Source of the DNA: Octopus bimaculoides
Taxonomy: Eukaryota
Length of the DNA: 64,000 bases
Assembly: GCF_001194135.2 (NCBI RefSeq)
Contig: NC_068989.1
Location: 70,160,061 to 70,224,060, forward strand
Direction of reading: 5' to 3'
The position numbers and the translations under genes are program-made. Below, one piece after another: positions 12,072-25,470 of the stretch (its first letter is position 1; every line of letters starts with the position of its first letter). The notes under the pieces are model-generated. The model searched no databases, was not told the origin of the DNA, and saw nothing but the letters and a program-made list of their open reading frames with translations.

Positions 12072-12614
12072 CGTAAATGAGAGAATATATTTTAACTAAA
12101 TAAGAGAGATCAGAGTCTGTTTCATTAAAATTTTTTTATCACAATTTCCAAAAAGAAATATATCCTGTGATGCAGCACGAATATGTGATATATCAATTTC
12201 CAGAATTTTATGGTGACTTAATACCATATTTTATGACATTCACACATCATTGAATATGAAGTTTAAAGGCTTTATTGCACATTATTATATCTATATAAGT
12301 TGTTATGTTTCATAGTTCATAGTTAGAAAAGATTCAATATACATGTGAATTTACATAAGATGTAAAAATGCACAAACAAACCTATAATCTTTGTTTTGTA
12401 AAATGTATTGAAGTAATCTGTGGCTATCAGATAGGAAATGAGAAATTGGGATATGCAGAAATACATACACACACACATACAAATATATATACATATATAT
12501 ATATATATATAAAATATATATATNNNNNNNNNNNNNNNNNNNNNNNNNNNNNNNNNNNNNNNNNNNNNNNNNNNNNNNNNNNNNNNNNNNNNNNNNNNNN
12601 NNNNNNNNNNNNNN

Positions 12615-12650
<36 letters not shown>

Positions 12651-13024
12651 CACACACACACACACATACACATACACAGATATATATACACACACACATG
12701 TATTCCTGAACATATACCTAATGTGCATATTTCCAAGCACATTAGTGACTTAATGGAATGGAAATTGTTGCAACAAGCAGGAATAAAAAGAAAGAGGAAG
12801 TTAAACATTCAATTGTCCTTTTAAGCAAATTAGATAGATGTACAATATTAATGTGGTATGTAATGAAATTACATATTGCAAGTATTTAATGTTATATGTA
12901 CAGTCAAATTGGGACATAAAAATGCACTTTCAAATTTAATAGGATTCAGATATAGCCTGCCCTCTGGTAGTGTTAGCTATTCAAATAATTAATACATTGA
13001 ACTGAAAAGTCCTAAATCCACACA

Positions 13025-13100
<76 letters not shown>
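13025..13100. repeat. (CA)n microsatellite
   Basis: Pure CA run up to an N-gap. Confidence 0.97.
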
Positions 13101-13167
13101 NNNNNNNNNNNNNNNNNNNNNNNNNNNNNNNNNNNNNNNNNNNNNNNNNNNNNNNNNNNNNNNNNNN

Positions 13168-13206
<39 letters not shown>

Positions 13207-13739
13207 GCAGCCATATAATGTTAGTGATTTTTTAAAAATCCTTTCACTAAAGATATCAGATAGTTTTCTGATTTGCTTATTGTCCATTGTAAATTAATTA
13301 TGTTCATCAGTTGATATGAATTCACTATGATCCAAACATTTTTAGCTTTCTTTACCGCCACCATCACCGGCACCACTGCTATGGCTGCAGCCACCACCAC
13401 CACCACCACTGCTGCCATCACCACAATAACACTAAACAGATCAGATAATGAGCCAATAATTCTTTCAAAATTTGAGAGAAAGCCAGCAATGTTTTGAGGG
13501 GAAGGGGAATCGATTACATCAACCTCAGTGCTCAACCAATATTTTATGTTATTGAAAACAAAAGGATGAAAGACTAAATCACTTCAGCAGCATTTGAACT
13601 CAGCATGTAAAGAACCATGCCCAGTGCAGTAACAATTCTGCTAAAAGGATCTATATGGTCTCTCAAATCACCTCTCTCAAATCATATCTGGGTGTCTGCG
13701 AAGAAGGAAGAAAAAGTCATACATTGAATAATGTAGTGC

Positions 13740-13900
13740 AGACATAGCTGTGCGGTAAGAAGTTTGCTCCCCAACCACATTGTTCTGAGTTCAGTCCTAC
13801 TGCAAGGCATCTTCAGCAAGTGTCTTCTACTATAGCCCTGAGCCAACCAAAGCCTTGTGAGTGGATCTGGTAGACGGAAACTAATAGAAGCCCATCATAT
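13740..13900 (+). mobile_element. SINE family A, 5' half
   Basis: gtgcggtaagaagtttgctccccaaccacat...gtggatctggtagacggaaactaatagaagccc. Confidence 0.8.
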
Positions 13901-13924
13901 ACATGTGTGTGTGTGTGTGTGTGT

Positions 13925-14058
13925 GTATCATCATCATCATTATTTAGTGTCCATTGTCCATGCTGGCATGGGTTGGACGGCTTGACCAAGGCTGGCAAGC
14001 TGGAAGGCTGCACCAGACTCCTGTTTGATTTGGCTGGATGCCCTTCCTAATGCCAACC
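13925..14058 (-). mobile_element. RTE 3' tail fragment
   Basis: (CAT)n...ccatgctggcatgggttggacgg...ggatgcccttcctaatgccaacca. Confidence 0.8.
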
Positions 14059-14059
14059 A

Positions 14060-16769
14060 GTATATGTCACAAATAGGCCTCCTCTCTCATTCATTTGCCT
14101 ATTCAGACGTTCAGGCAGATATTTCTCTCCTTGGATTTGGCACTCTGGAGAGACTTCAAATGGGTTTTCATCATTGCCGACCTGCCCTACCCTATTCTTG
14201 GGGTAGATTTCCTCCACCACTTCTCACTCCTTGTGGATGTTCATAGGTAGCATTTGTTGGATAGCTCAACAGATTTATCGATTCCTGGTCACAGAGCAGT
14301 TACTCCTACTGTAACCCCGTTGTTTTTCATTGCTGTATCTGGTGATACATATCACGCACTTTTGAACTCTTTTCTTGAGTTGACCGATCTAAATTTCCAT
14401 GTGAGTAATCCTGTCCACTCTATGAGGCATTTCATCAATACTACCAGTCCACCAGTTTTTGTTCAAGTGTGTATTTGGTTTTTTAGCTTTGGAATTTTGC
14501 GGTCACATCATTGATTGCTACAGTATGCAATCCCTTCTGGAGAAGGTACAAGCTCTTCAGAATCTTCCTACTCCCACTTCCCTTAAACAGCTTCACCATT
14601 ACCTGGGATTGGTAAATTTTTACCGACATTTTATCCCACACTGCACGGAAAAATTGTTCCCCCTTACTAATCTTTTGAAGGAACACAAGGAAAAAAATGA
14701 TGTTATCGCCTTTTCACCGTCACTTACCGAGATTTTTCAAACTGTCAAAAGTGAGCTTGCTAAAGTATCGTTATTGACACACACCAAATCTGATGCAAAG
14801 TTTTTGCTTGCCATTCATGCATCTGATTCAGCTGTTGGTGCTGTTTTACAGCAATCTCTTCAAAGAAATCTGCAACCCTTGGCATTCTATTCTCGCCAGC
14901 TGAGACACACTATAGCACTTTCAGCAGAGAACTGTTAGCGATTTACCTAGCTGTCAAACACTTCTGTCATTTTCTTGAGGGAAGAGATTTCACTATATTT
15001 ACAGATCATAAACCTCTTACTTTCATTTTACATTCAAAGTCAGATAAATACTCACCTAGAGACACACATCATCTTGATTTTATCTCACAGTTTTCTAGCA
15101 ATATTCAGCATATCTCCAGCTCCCATAATGTAGTTGCTGATGGTTTATTGCATTTACTGGTCTGTTCATTGTCATCTACTTCTTTGATTGACTTGACTGC
15201 ATTAGCTGCTGACCAACCGTCTTTGGCTTCATTGGGCACTTCGTCTGCTGAGTTTGCAAATTGTAAATTCAAGCACCTGCTTTTGTTGACTGCTGACCGA
15301 GATATTTTATGTGATGTTTCTACAGGTTTACCTTGACCTTTCAATCCTGAATCTCATCGTCAGATTGATTTTAGCGATTTGCACACCTTGTCACATCCTG
15401 GTGCAGCAGCTTTCATAAAGTTTATTATGGCTCATTTTTCTGACCAATTATGCAATAGAATATTACTGCTTAGTCATGTTCTTGTCTGCAATAACAGCAC
15501 TCTAAAGTGCACAGACATGCTCATGCACCTCTTAGCACCTTTGAAATCTGGATGCTCATTTCCAACACATCCAAATTGACTTAGTTGGCCTTTGGCCGGT
15601 TAGTCAAGGATTCACTTATATACTTACAAGTATTGACCACTTTTCATGTTGGCCTGAAGCCATCCCTCTGGTCGATATCAGTGCAGAATCAGTGGTGCAA
15701 GCCCCCATATCAGGTTGGATTTCACATTTTGGTGTTCAATTAAGGATTACTACTGACCGCAGGAGGCAATTTGAATCCCAGCTTTTCCAACAACTTTCAA
15801 GCATCTTAGGAGTTCACCATATCCAGATGACTAGTTAACATCCAGACTTGAATGGCATACTGGAATGGTTCCATCATCAATTAAAGACGTCATTATGTGC
15901 CTATCAAGATCCTCATCGATGGAGCAAATACCTGTCAGTTATTCTATTGGGTTGTCGCTCATCAGTGAAAGAGGATTTAGGATAATCTCCTGCTGAACTT
16001 CTCTGTGGTTCATCATTATCTCTCCCAGGCCAGATGTTGGACTCTGTGGATTTATCAACTCAAGATCTTGCATCTTATGTACATATACTGCAAATTTACA
16101 TCACAGAACTTCTACCAATGTCTTCTCAACATCAGACTGTTCCAGCAGACATTACTACTTGGACTCATGTGTTCCTTAAGGATGACTCTGTGAGAGGTCC
16201 TCTCTCACAACTATATAAAGGGCCCTGTTGTGTCCTTGCATAAAACAAACAAACTCTTCACCATAGACATTCATGGTAGAAAAGAAACAGTGTCTATTGA
16301 CAGGGTAAAGCATGCTTTTTCTGAGGTCCTCACTCCAGAGCCAAACATTCCCCTCCAATACACACTGCAACAAACTACAAGCACTGCACCAAGGCAATCA
16401 CCACCTCCAAAAGCACATGCACTTTTCCCTTCATCAAACTTGTCACGATGACTTGTACTGGTCGTCGTGCACACTGGCCAAAAAAACTGTGCAAGACTGT
16501 GTATATTTAAACTTCCTTTTCATGCATTTACTTTTGGACTGTTTTGTTGTTCCAATTGTGCATGTGCATTCATTTTGTGCTTTGGAATTGTTATGTTTTT
16601 ACATTTTCTGCTTTGTAATAAACACTTGTACCTTAACTCACCTTTTTTCCGGTCCTCCATCACAGAGTGCTGACTCTTTCAACTAGTTGTTGAAAGGGGC
16701 AGTATCTGTAGCAAACCCTACCAGAGAGAAAGAGAAATAAACGAGAGTAGTGTTTCCTACTTTGCTACA
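14060..16769 (+). mobile_element. Degenerate Ty3/Gypsy LTR retrotransposon: protease end, RT core deleted, RNase H, integrase, PPT and LTR start
   Basis: ILGVDFL (14194-14214); KCVFG..LEFCGH..LGLVNFYRHFIP (RT C-terminus); RNase H ASDSAVGAVLQQ, ELLAIYLAVKHF, TDHKPL; integrase HTLSHPG, HIQIDLVG, TTDRRRQF, NGILEWFH; GPLSQLYKGP; purine tract 16692-16702 followed by TGTAGC; many stops and frameshifts. Confidence 0.93.
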
Positions 16770-17999
16770 GGGTTTTTTTGGAATATGTTGCAACTTTCGG
16801 TAGGAAAGCCAACAGGTGGCATTACTGCCGGTTGATATAAAAAGCAAAGTACTGCAAAATTCTCTCTCTTCCTCTTCTTGTCTGGCCTTCTCTGGCACAT
16901 TAGCTCTTCACCTGACCACTCAACTTGCATGGCCACACACAGCTAACCTGATGTCTTGGACTTGCAATGACGAGCTCTATATTAGCAGCCTTTAGATAAA
17001 ATAACATGTTTGTATATATCTACTCTGTTATTCCATGCATTCACCTTTGTACCACTCAAGTTGACATAAATATAACATGTATTCAGAACCTGTCTTAACC
17101 ACAGCATAGAACATGCCATTTGGAAAAACCCACATGCTTTCACTAAAAGACTAATAAATAAGTACTAGGCTTAAAAAAATAATCCTACGTCAATTTGTTT
17201 AACTGAAACCCTTCAAGGTGGTGCCTCAGCATGGCTGTAATCAAATGACTGAAACGAGTAAAAGAAAAAGGTAAAAGAAAGAAATGTAATGTAGCCTTGG
17301 GTTTCAACATATATTGGAAACAAAACGAAAGATTGATAATAACTAAAACACTTTTGATCATAACATTTTCTCAAATGAGGCTGACCTGGGCTAAATAACA
17401 ATAACAAATTGAATAAAATTATTTACAGAGATTATATACATGTTCCCCTGGTGGTCAGCTATCGTAGGGGAGGCAATCCATTCTAGATTAAATTAAGCTG
17501 AGGCAGGTTTGGAAGTTAGAAATTTAAATCTAAGAGTAAAGAAGAAGAGTACAGAATATATGCATTTAATATATTTCATTTCCTACACATTATTAAGATA
17601 TTAAAATTTCTAGTCGTTGGTAACCATTTCATCCTTCTATTGAATCGTCAGCACAGCATAACCTGAGGCAAATAAATCACAATAAATTAATCATTTCATG
17701 AAGTTAGCTAAATTTTATAGGAAGAGAATAATGTATAGCTTAAAAGCCATTCATGGATTTTTCTGCCTCATCATAGATCGTAAGTTGTTTAGTAATAGAG
17801 TAAGAAGAGAGAGAGAAGAATTAATTAATATTTTCTGTATGTACTTATAGAGTTTTAAACATATGACAAAAGTTTCATGGAGGAAACTGATGAGAGCAGA
17901 AGAATAACAATTAACAAAAAAGAATGTAGGTGGACAGAAACTAATTGAAGTTGCTGCTGCTGTTGTTGTTGTCTGAGCTGACCATCTATTTTTTGTGTC

Positions 18000-18485
18000 C
18001 ATTCTTTGTTTTACTTGCTGTAGTCATTGGACTGCAGCCATGCGGGAGCACTGCCTTGAAAGCAATTATCGAATAAATCAACACAGGTGTTTATTTTTTC
18101 AAAGTCTGCTTAAGTTTACTTAATATATCAGTTTCTTTTGCTGAACTGCTAAGTTACATGAACACAAACAAATCAACACTGGTTGTCAAGCAGTGGTGGG
18201 AAGGCATATATATATACATGCACACACATATGCATATATCTGCATGCGTATATATACATCTAAATATATACACACACACATACACATGTATTATTATATA
18301 TGTATATACAGCAAGAGAGAGAGAGATGAGAGGCTTCCATGCAGTTTCCACCTACCAAAGTCACTCACATGCTATTGGTAAGTCCAGTCAGTAAGAAACT
18401 CTTGCCTAAGGTGCTGTACAATGAGACTGAACTCAATACCCTGTGGTTGCAAAGTAAACTTCTTAACCACACAACCATGCCACTT
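18000..18485 (-). mobile_element. SINE family A, full length with internal microsatellite
   Basis: Both the 3' module and the head (gtggttaagaagtttactttgcaaccacag on the minus strand) are present. Confidence 0.8.
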
Positions 18486-18899
18486 TTTGTGTAGAGTGTT
18501 GGCTAAAACTGATATATTCTGTAATACAGTATAGTAAAGATTTCATATATAGAAAAAGAGATAGTCTAACAAGTATAATTTTAATGAGCTAAGGGAAATA
18601 AATCAAATGGACCAATAGCATGAATTTAGATAAATAAGTTAAAGTCTTCATATAGAATGTCATACAAGAAAAATTCTTAATGTAAAATTTATCATTTAAT
18701 GGGAGAATTTAAACAAAATCCTAGCAAGAACTCTTAGTGACTTCCCCTCCAAAAAAGGGGGGTTATTTTAAGGATTAAGAATTCATTTTTCAAGGTAGAC
18801 TTACATTCCTAGGAAAAAATATGGTGTGATGTTTTATTCTAAGCAATGAAAAAATCATAGGCAAGTTCCATTCTATTAAAATTCTATCTGTTACTAACA

Positions 18900-19378
18900 A
18901 TTGCTGTTCATAAACAAATATTTATGAAGCAATTCAATAAGCAGGCAAGACAGCAGAATTTTTGGAACATGATCAAACAAAACTGGAACTAATAACCAAG
19001 AGATGTTGTTGAGTCAAAGAGAACTGACTAATTCAAAAACAAAATTAATGAATATTGGAAGAATATTAATCTCCAAACATTCTTCAGATAAGAAGCCAAA
19101 ATGTTCAATAGAAGTCAATATTTTCAGGTTTTGCCTATCAACCATAAAAATTTTTAAATAACTTGTAAGGTCCAAGAATGATTGCAGAAATGTTCAGAAC
19201 TAATGCCACCAAAATATGACTATATCACTAAAAGACAGGAAGATAGACCAAAGAAGCAACCAAATAATATTGTAAAGTGATTCATCTGAAACTCGATAAA
19301 TTCAATTATTTTTTGCTAAAGTCTATAACTTACATCTGCATCATGCATGGCCATGAATGAAGACAGACCATTGTCAGT
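18900..19378 (+). mobile_element. Highly degraded RTE-like LINE ORF end
   Basis: Broken peptides with an RTE C-terminal character (FRFCLSTIK..., RSKND..., DRPKK...); many stops. Confidence 0.35.
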
Positions 19379-19391
19379 CTTGTGAGTTCAT

Positions 19392-19611
19392 GAAGGCAGT
19401 GAGCTGGCAAAATCATTAGCACTTTCAGCAAAATGCTTAGTGGCATTTCATTTGTCTTTACATTCTGAGTTCAAATTCTGCCAAGGTCAATTTTACCTTT
19501 CATCCTTTCAAGGTTGATAAAATAAGTACCAGTCACGCACTGTGGCCGAAATAATAGAGTTACCCCCGCCCCTGAAATTGCTAGCCCTGTGCCAAAATTT
19601 GAAACCAATAG
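19392..19611 (+). mobile_element. SINE family D, full length with 11-bp TSD
   Basis: TSD TGTGAGTTCAT at 19381-19391 and 19612-19622. Confidence 0.9.
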
Positions 19612-20579
19612 TGTGAGTTCATCAGAAGACACAAAACCACAGTTTCCCATCAGAGTTCTCATCATGGTTTTGGAAAGACACCCACACTTCATCTTCTGAT
19701 AGGTCTGTTATAAAACATCACTTAGTTGGTAGCCAACTCTGAATATTTGCAGACAGTACCTTGCAAGTTATACCCACCTTACTGCTATCTTTTCACTACT
19801 TTATGATTTTTCAGTCTCGCAGCTGCCCAATTCAAACTTTAATTTTGTCTTTCTTTAGAAAACAACACATAGATTATAGTCTGATAGAAAACAAAATGCA
19901 TATAATGGTCTTCTCTCTTCCTTAGGGAGGAAGGTTACTAAAATATTTGAAAACATTTATAGGTGTTAATAAAATGTAATTATAAGATAATATATGAGAT
20001 GTCTTCAAATTTAAATGAAATTAACTGAAGTTGTGATAGAAGATTTGGGGAATTTCAATTATATAAATATTTCATGACTTCAGCAACTACAATGAGTGAG
20101 TCATGGAGCACTGTTTCAAATCCCACTCCTACAATAACGATTATTATAATTTGTTACATGTAACTGGAATAGTTTATTAGTGATTGTTAATTGAATAATT
20201 ATTTCTTGTAAGATATTCAAAATTGATTATTTATTTTATTAACTGTTTATGTAATCTACACCCAGATATTTTCTCAGTATCTTAAAGTTATCAAAATTAG
20301 GTGATATGACTGTAATATAGTATATTTTAGTAGCAGTGTTTACACATGATAACTATTCAAGTTCATTAAACCAGTTTAACTGACATTGTCTAGTATATTT
20401 CATCATATATATATATTATGTATGTATATATATATATATATATATTTGTGCATGTGTATCCAACCAATGCTAGCATGGAAAACAGACATTAAATGATGAT
20501 GGTTTACATATGTATGCATTTGTGTGTGTGTGTGTGTGTGTGTGTGAATGTGCATATATACATGTATATGTTGTATGTG

Positions 20580-20618
<39 letters not shown>

Positions 20619-21269
20619 NNNNNNNNNNNNNNNNNNNNNNNNNNNNNNNNNNNNNNNNNNNNNNNNNNNNNNNNNNNNNNNNNNNNNNNNNNNNNNNNNN
20701 NNNNNNNNNNNNNNNNNNNNNNNNNNNNNNNNNNNNNNNNNNNNNNNNNNNNNNNNNNNNNNNNNNNNNNNNNNNNNNNNNNNNNNNNNNNNNNNNNNNN
20801 NNNNNNNNNNNNNNNNNNNNNNNNNNNNNNNNNNNNNNNNNNNNNNNNNNNNNNNNNNNNNNNNNNNNNNNNNNNNNNNNNNNNNNNNNNNNNNNNNNNN
20901 NNNNNNNNNNNNNNNNNNNNNNNNNNNNNNNNNNNNNNNNNNNNNNNNNNNNNNNNNNNNNNNNNNNNNNNNNNNNNNNNNNNNNNNNNNNNNNNNNNNN
21001 NNNNNNNNNNNNNNNNNNNNNNNNNNNNNNNNNNNNNNNNNNNNNNNNNNNNNNNNNNNNNNNNNNNNNNNNNNNNNNNNNNNNNNNNNNNNNNNNNNNN
21101 NNNNNNNNNNNNNNNNNNNNNNNNNNNNNNNNNNNNNNNNNNNNNNNNNNNNNNNNNNNNNNNNNNNNNNNNNNNNNNNNNNNNNNNNNNNNNNNNNNNN
21201 NNNNNNNNNNNNNNNNNNNNNNNNNATATATTGCTAAGTTTTATATATATATACATAAAATTATATATG

Positions 21270-21760
21270 TTGGCTGCTAAATTGCTTATATGTGAAGGAA
21301 AGAAAGTTTTAAATCTAGTCGAGTTAACGGTTCCTCATGAAGATAACATGGACGCTGCTCAGACTCGAAAGATTGATCATTATGTAAACCTCCTCGAGGA
21401 ATGTGAAGACACAGGCTGGAAAGTGGAGCATTTTCCAATCGAAGTCGGATGTAGAGGGTTTGTTGGACACAGTGTGAGATGACTGTTGTTATTGTTAGGC
21501 CTAACTCATTGTAAGGTAAATACCACCTTGACCAATATCCAAACTACAGTGGAGAAGGCTTGACACTGGATTTGGTTAAAAAGAGACGATGAGCGATATC
21601 TAGAGAAATATTGAGCTTTATTTAATAACCAGCTGATCTAGCAAGCGGGGCCTCATATCAGTGAGGAGGAGGGCTGGTGAACATTGATACCGTCAAGAGG
21701 TAGGCCCTGAAATGGCACACATTCTCTCCTGATGACCCCATACACTTGACTGGTAGCACT
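21270..21760 (+). mobile_element. Non-LTR retrotransposon restriction-like endonuclease C-terminus plus 3' UTR (HERO-like)
   Basis: LVELTVPHEDNMDAAQTRKIDHYVNLLEECEDTGWKVEHFPIEVGCRGF...WIWLKR matches the ELTVPWE...ERK..KY...GW....VEVGCRG pattern of HERO-type RLE domains; upstream lost in an N-gap. Confidence 0.8.
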
Positions 21761-22599
21761 TGCATGTGCAAGTTGTTTGCAAGACAGCTATTGTATCTAC
21801 TAATATCAACTGTAAGATTACAAAAATATCTAGAAATAAATGCTAGAAAGCTAATATAAATACCTATGAAACACAAGCTAAAAGACTCTTTTCTGTCTTC
21901 AAGGAAGCCAACAAATACAAAACAGAGACTGAAAGAGAGCAAACAGAAATTATAAAAAGACTAACATCTAAGCCAAAAATGGACAACAGATACTATAATA
22001 AGGCACTGGCAATAAAAGGCCCTTGTAAGACCAATGCCTGAAAAAAAGCTGTAATAAATACATTTTTCACTTCTCTTCAAGGTTTTGTACCATAAGCAAA
22101 AGTTAGTATATTAAGCTATATAAATATATAAGTATAGTAAGCTTACTATATAAATAGTATAGTAGGCTACATAAATATTTCCAACAAATTTAACTTATTT
22201 CTGTCTCAAGCCAAACAACTTTACTTTTCATCTTCACTAAACGAAATACAGCTTCAGTGAAATGAAAGCCTATAAGATATTCTGATGACATGTTTTATTA
22301 CATTTTCTTGTTCTTCTGAGGAAATTATGTTCTACTTAGAAACTAAATTATGTTTACTGACCAGTTGAATATTCACCACAATCTTTTTCTCCACCTCTAG
22401 TCAATCTATTGGATAATTTACCGATTATTCAATTATTTTATTACTTCAAAGCAATTAGTGGACCAAGTAGTGATCTAAATTAACAGTAGTTTCTGTTATC
22501 GAGTAAAAGTACAGACAAGATACAGCAGTTCACTGCTAGATGTATCCATCCTCATACTTGAATGTGTTTTGGTCATATCACAAACTCATTAATGCTGCC

Positions 22600-22780
22600 A
22601 CACTAACTAAATGCTGTTTCAGTTTTCTATCAGTCTTGAAACTCATTTTTGCCAGCTGAGTGGACAGGAACAACATAGTGTAAAGTGCCTTGCTTAATGG
22701 TACAATGCAACTCCTAGACTTGCAATCAAACCCACAATTTTATTATCAAGAGCCTAGTTGCTTAACTGCTAAGCAAAGTA
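22600..22780 (-). mobile_element. SINE family B, degenerate
   Basis: actcatttttgccagctgagtggacagg...aagtgccttgct. Confidence 0.65.
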
Positions 22781-22874
22781 TTCAGTCTTTTGGAAAAAAT
22801 TATCTGATATTTCTATTCAATGACTTATACTTGTAAGTACTTATATTCTAAATTTTGTTTAGCCTAAGGGCAAT

Positions 22875-23175
22875 AAACTGGCAGAATCATTGGTGCATTG
22901 AGAAACAAGCATTGAAATATTTGTTCCAGTCCTTTACATTATGAATTCAAATTTCATTATGGTGTATTTTGCCTTTCATCCCTCCAATATCAACAAAACA
23001 AAGGATGAGTCAAGTCCTGGAGTCAGTGGTACTAATTAACCCCCTTCTCCTCAAAACTGCTGGCTTTGAAGCATAAAAACAGTTAAGGACTGTGGATTGG
23101 CAGAATTGTTAGAGCATCAAACAAAATGCTTTGTAATATTTCTTTCAGCTCTTTACATTCTGTGCTTAAATCCTG
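22875..23175 (+). mobile_element. Two degenerate SINE family D copies in tandem
   Basis: actggcagaatcatt...gcctttcatccc (22875-23070) and attggcagaattgttagagc...cttaaatcctgcc (23095-23175). Confidence 0.6.
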
Positions 23176-23384
23176 CCTTGTATCTAAATAAGAAACCATT
23201 ATTTTTTAGCTTCCAGATTATTCCCTCATCAAGTGTAACTATAATCAAAAGTGTTCCCATAATGACCATCCCAATTATTATTTCATGCATAGTGTATCTG
23301 TGACCATATGACTCAATGAATGATATGGTCACAGATTTGCTTAAGTGGGTACAATGTTATTTAATTGAGATCAAAAGAGTCAAA

Positions 23385-23590
23385 AGTTCTTCCTGAGCCA
23401 TAAGGCTGGTTTCATGGAATCTGTAGCATGTATATTTCCTGGACAGGACACCAGTCCATTACAGGATTAGTAGAGCAACATGAAATGAAGTGTTTTGCTC
23501 AAGAACACAACATGTCACCCAGTCCAGGGATCAAAAACACACTCTCACAATCATGAGTGCAACACCCTAACCACTAAGCCATGCACCTAA
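23385..23590 (-). mobile_element. SINE family B
   Basis: gagcaacatgaaatgaagtgttttgctcaagaacacaac...caccctaaccactaagccatgc. Confidence 0.75.
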
Positions 23591-23944
23591 TTAAGAGATA
23601 CCTAGCAGTAAATACATAGCATAGTAAATGATAAATAATTCACTTTTGCAGTCACTCAACTTGCTAAAAATAGTAGCAACATTTCTCTTAAATCACATTT
23701 AAAAAGATATCTTTATTAAAATCAACATTTTAAAAAGATAGGTCTGTATCTGCATACAAGCTCCCTCATGGACGTGCTTACATTATAGTGTTAGTTGGCC
23801 ATTATCTATTGTTGTTTAGCCCCATATCAATCCTGGTCAGGATAGCTCGGATCAAAAATGTTTCAGCTGTGACAATCACATTTCTTTAAATTCAAACGCA
23901 GTGTGTCTAGTACTATATTGTAAAAGTACCTTTTCTTTTTTTAA

Positions 23945-24163
23945 CCCTTTAGCGTTCATATTATTCTGTCAAAAGTAATACTTATTTATTCACATTGCTT
24001 TGAATTAATCATGCATCATTTTGTAGCTGTGAGATTTCGACATGGTAACCGTTAATTTTTAGGATAATTTTGTAGGATCGATGTGAGAAGCCAGATCTGG
24101 CCAGTTTGACATAAAACAGCTGGAATATTTTGGTCAGATATGGCCAGATTAGATGCTAAAGTG
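23945..24163. mobile_element. piggyBac-like MITE
   Basis: TTAA at 23941-23944 and 24164-24167; terminal inverted repeat CCCTTTAGC / GCTAAAGTG (one mismatch); non-coding, about 220 bp. Confidence 0.8.
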
Positions 24164-24309
24164 TTAAAGCTATTTTTGGTAAGCCATATCTAGTACACCA
24201 TTGCTAGTAGCTCTTCATGATTTAGCAAGGTGATAGATAACATGGTTATCCAATGAGTCCATTAAGTTGTTATTCATTAGGTTGTTACACTCAACTCACC
24301 AACACTCTG

Positions 24310-24612
24310 TAATTATTAGTTCACTAATGTGCTGCAGGGTTCCTGTATTCTATTGGAATCACATCAGCTTTCAATTTCACTGAACTGGAAAGGTTCTTGC
24401 ATTACCACCTACACACTTGTACAGACAGTGTTGTGGCTGTCTGATGCACACTTTTCTCTTTGCTTCTCATCACTTTTACTGTATCCCTTCCTTGAGCCAC
24501 CACATTAAATATTTCTCCTCATCCTTCGTCTCCAGAAGTGAATCTGTCTGGAACACTAACTTGCAAATGTTCAAGCTAAACACCAACAGTATCAACCTTG
24601 CCATCACCAACC
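24310..24612 (+). mobile_element. CR1/Jockey-like LINE ORF2 3' end fragment
   Basis: ...SSSFVSRSESVWNT..NLQMFKLNTNSINL resembles the SF.PR...WN.LP...NL..FK..VN C-terminal motif. Confidence 0.5.
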
Positions 24613-24899
24613 AACAGAAGGAGACTCTACAAAGTCATTAGATATGTTAAAAATAGCAACCAAATCTTCTTCAAATTACATCCTATCATGATGAAAATGA
24701 GGATACATTAGATAGTGTGATTCCTAGATATACAGTGACTGAAAAAGAGATGTGATGGCCATAAATGGAACAGCTTTGATTTAGAACGGCTCCAACTTAA
24801 TGTTTAGTGGCAACAACAATCTTAATAGTCATGTTTGTCTTTCAAAGGATTGAACACTAATTTTCTTCTTCAGACAGACAGACAGACAGACAGATAGGT

Positions 24900-25128
24900 C
24901 TTTTATCTTTTACTTGTTTCAGTCATGAGACTGTGGCCATGCTGAGGCACCTCCTTGAAAGGTTTTAGCTGAATGAGTTGACCCCGGTTTTTCTATATTT
25001 TTAAGCCTGATACTTATTCTATTGATCTCTTTTGCCAAACCACTAAGTTATATGGATGTAAACACACCAGCACCAGTTGTAAAGTGGTGGAGGGGGACAA
25101 ACAAGCACAAAGACACACACAGATATAT

Positions 25129-25164
<36 letters not shown>

Positions 25165-25470
25165 TGGACCCTGTTGAAGACGATGTATGAGTGTTCAGCT
25201 TTTGCCAAACAGCCTGCACAAATGATTTATTTACAGTGATCAAATATTCATGCTATACATTTGCCCACTCACTCCATTAAATCAACGTTACCTGAACAGG
25301 TGCACTGTGTACCACATATCAGGTGTCAATGTGATCACAGAGCAAAATAAGATGAAGTATTTTGCTCAAGAACACAACACACCACCCAGTCTAGGAACTG
25401 AAACCACGATCTCACGATTGTGTGTACACTAACCCTAACCCTAACCATAACCACTAAGCCATGCACCCTC
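24900..25470 (-). mobile_element. SINE family A fragment (24900-25220) abutting a SINE family B copy (25250-25470)
   Basis: Family modules match the other copies in the window. Confidence 0.7.

Noticed and set aside
17445-17457. CTCF-like core CCCCTGGTGGTCA
   Set aside because: Partial motif only; cannot be supported without a PWM scan or ChIP data
17886-17950. CTGATGA...GAAA spacing (also near 22284 and 13305)
   Set aside because: No stem I, II or III complementarity and no UH site
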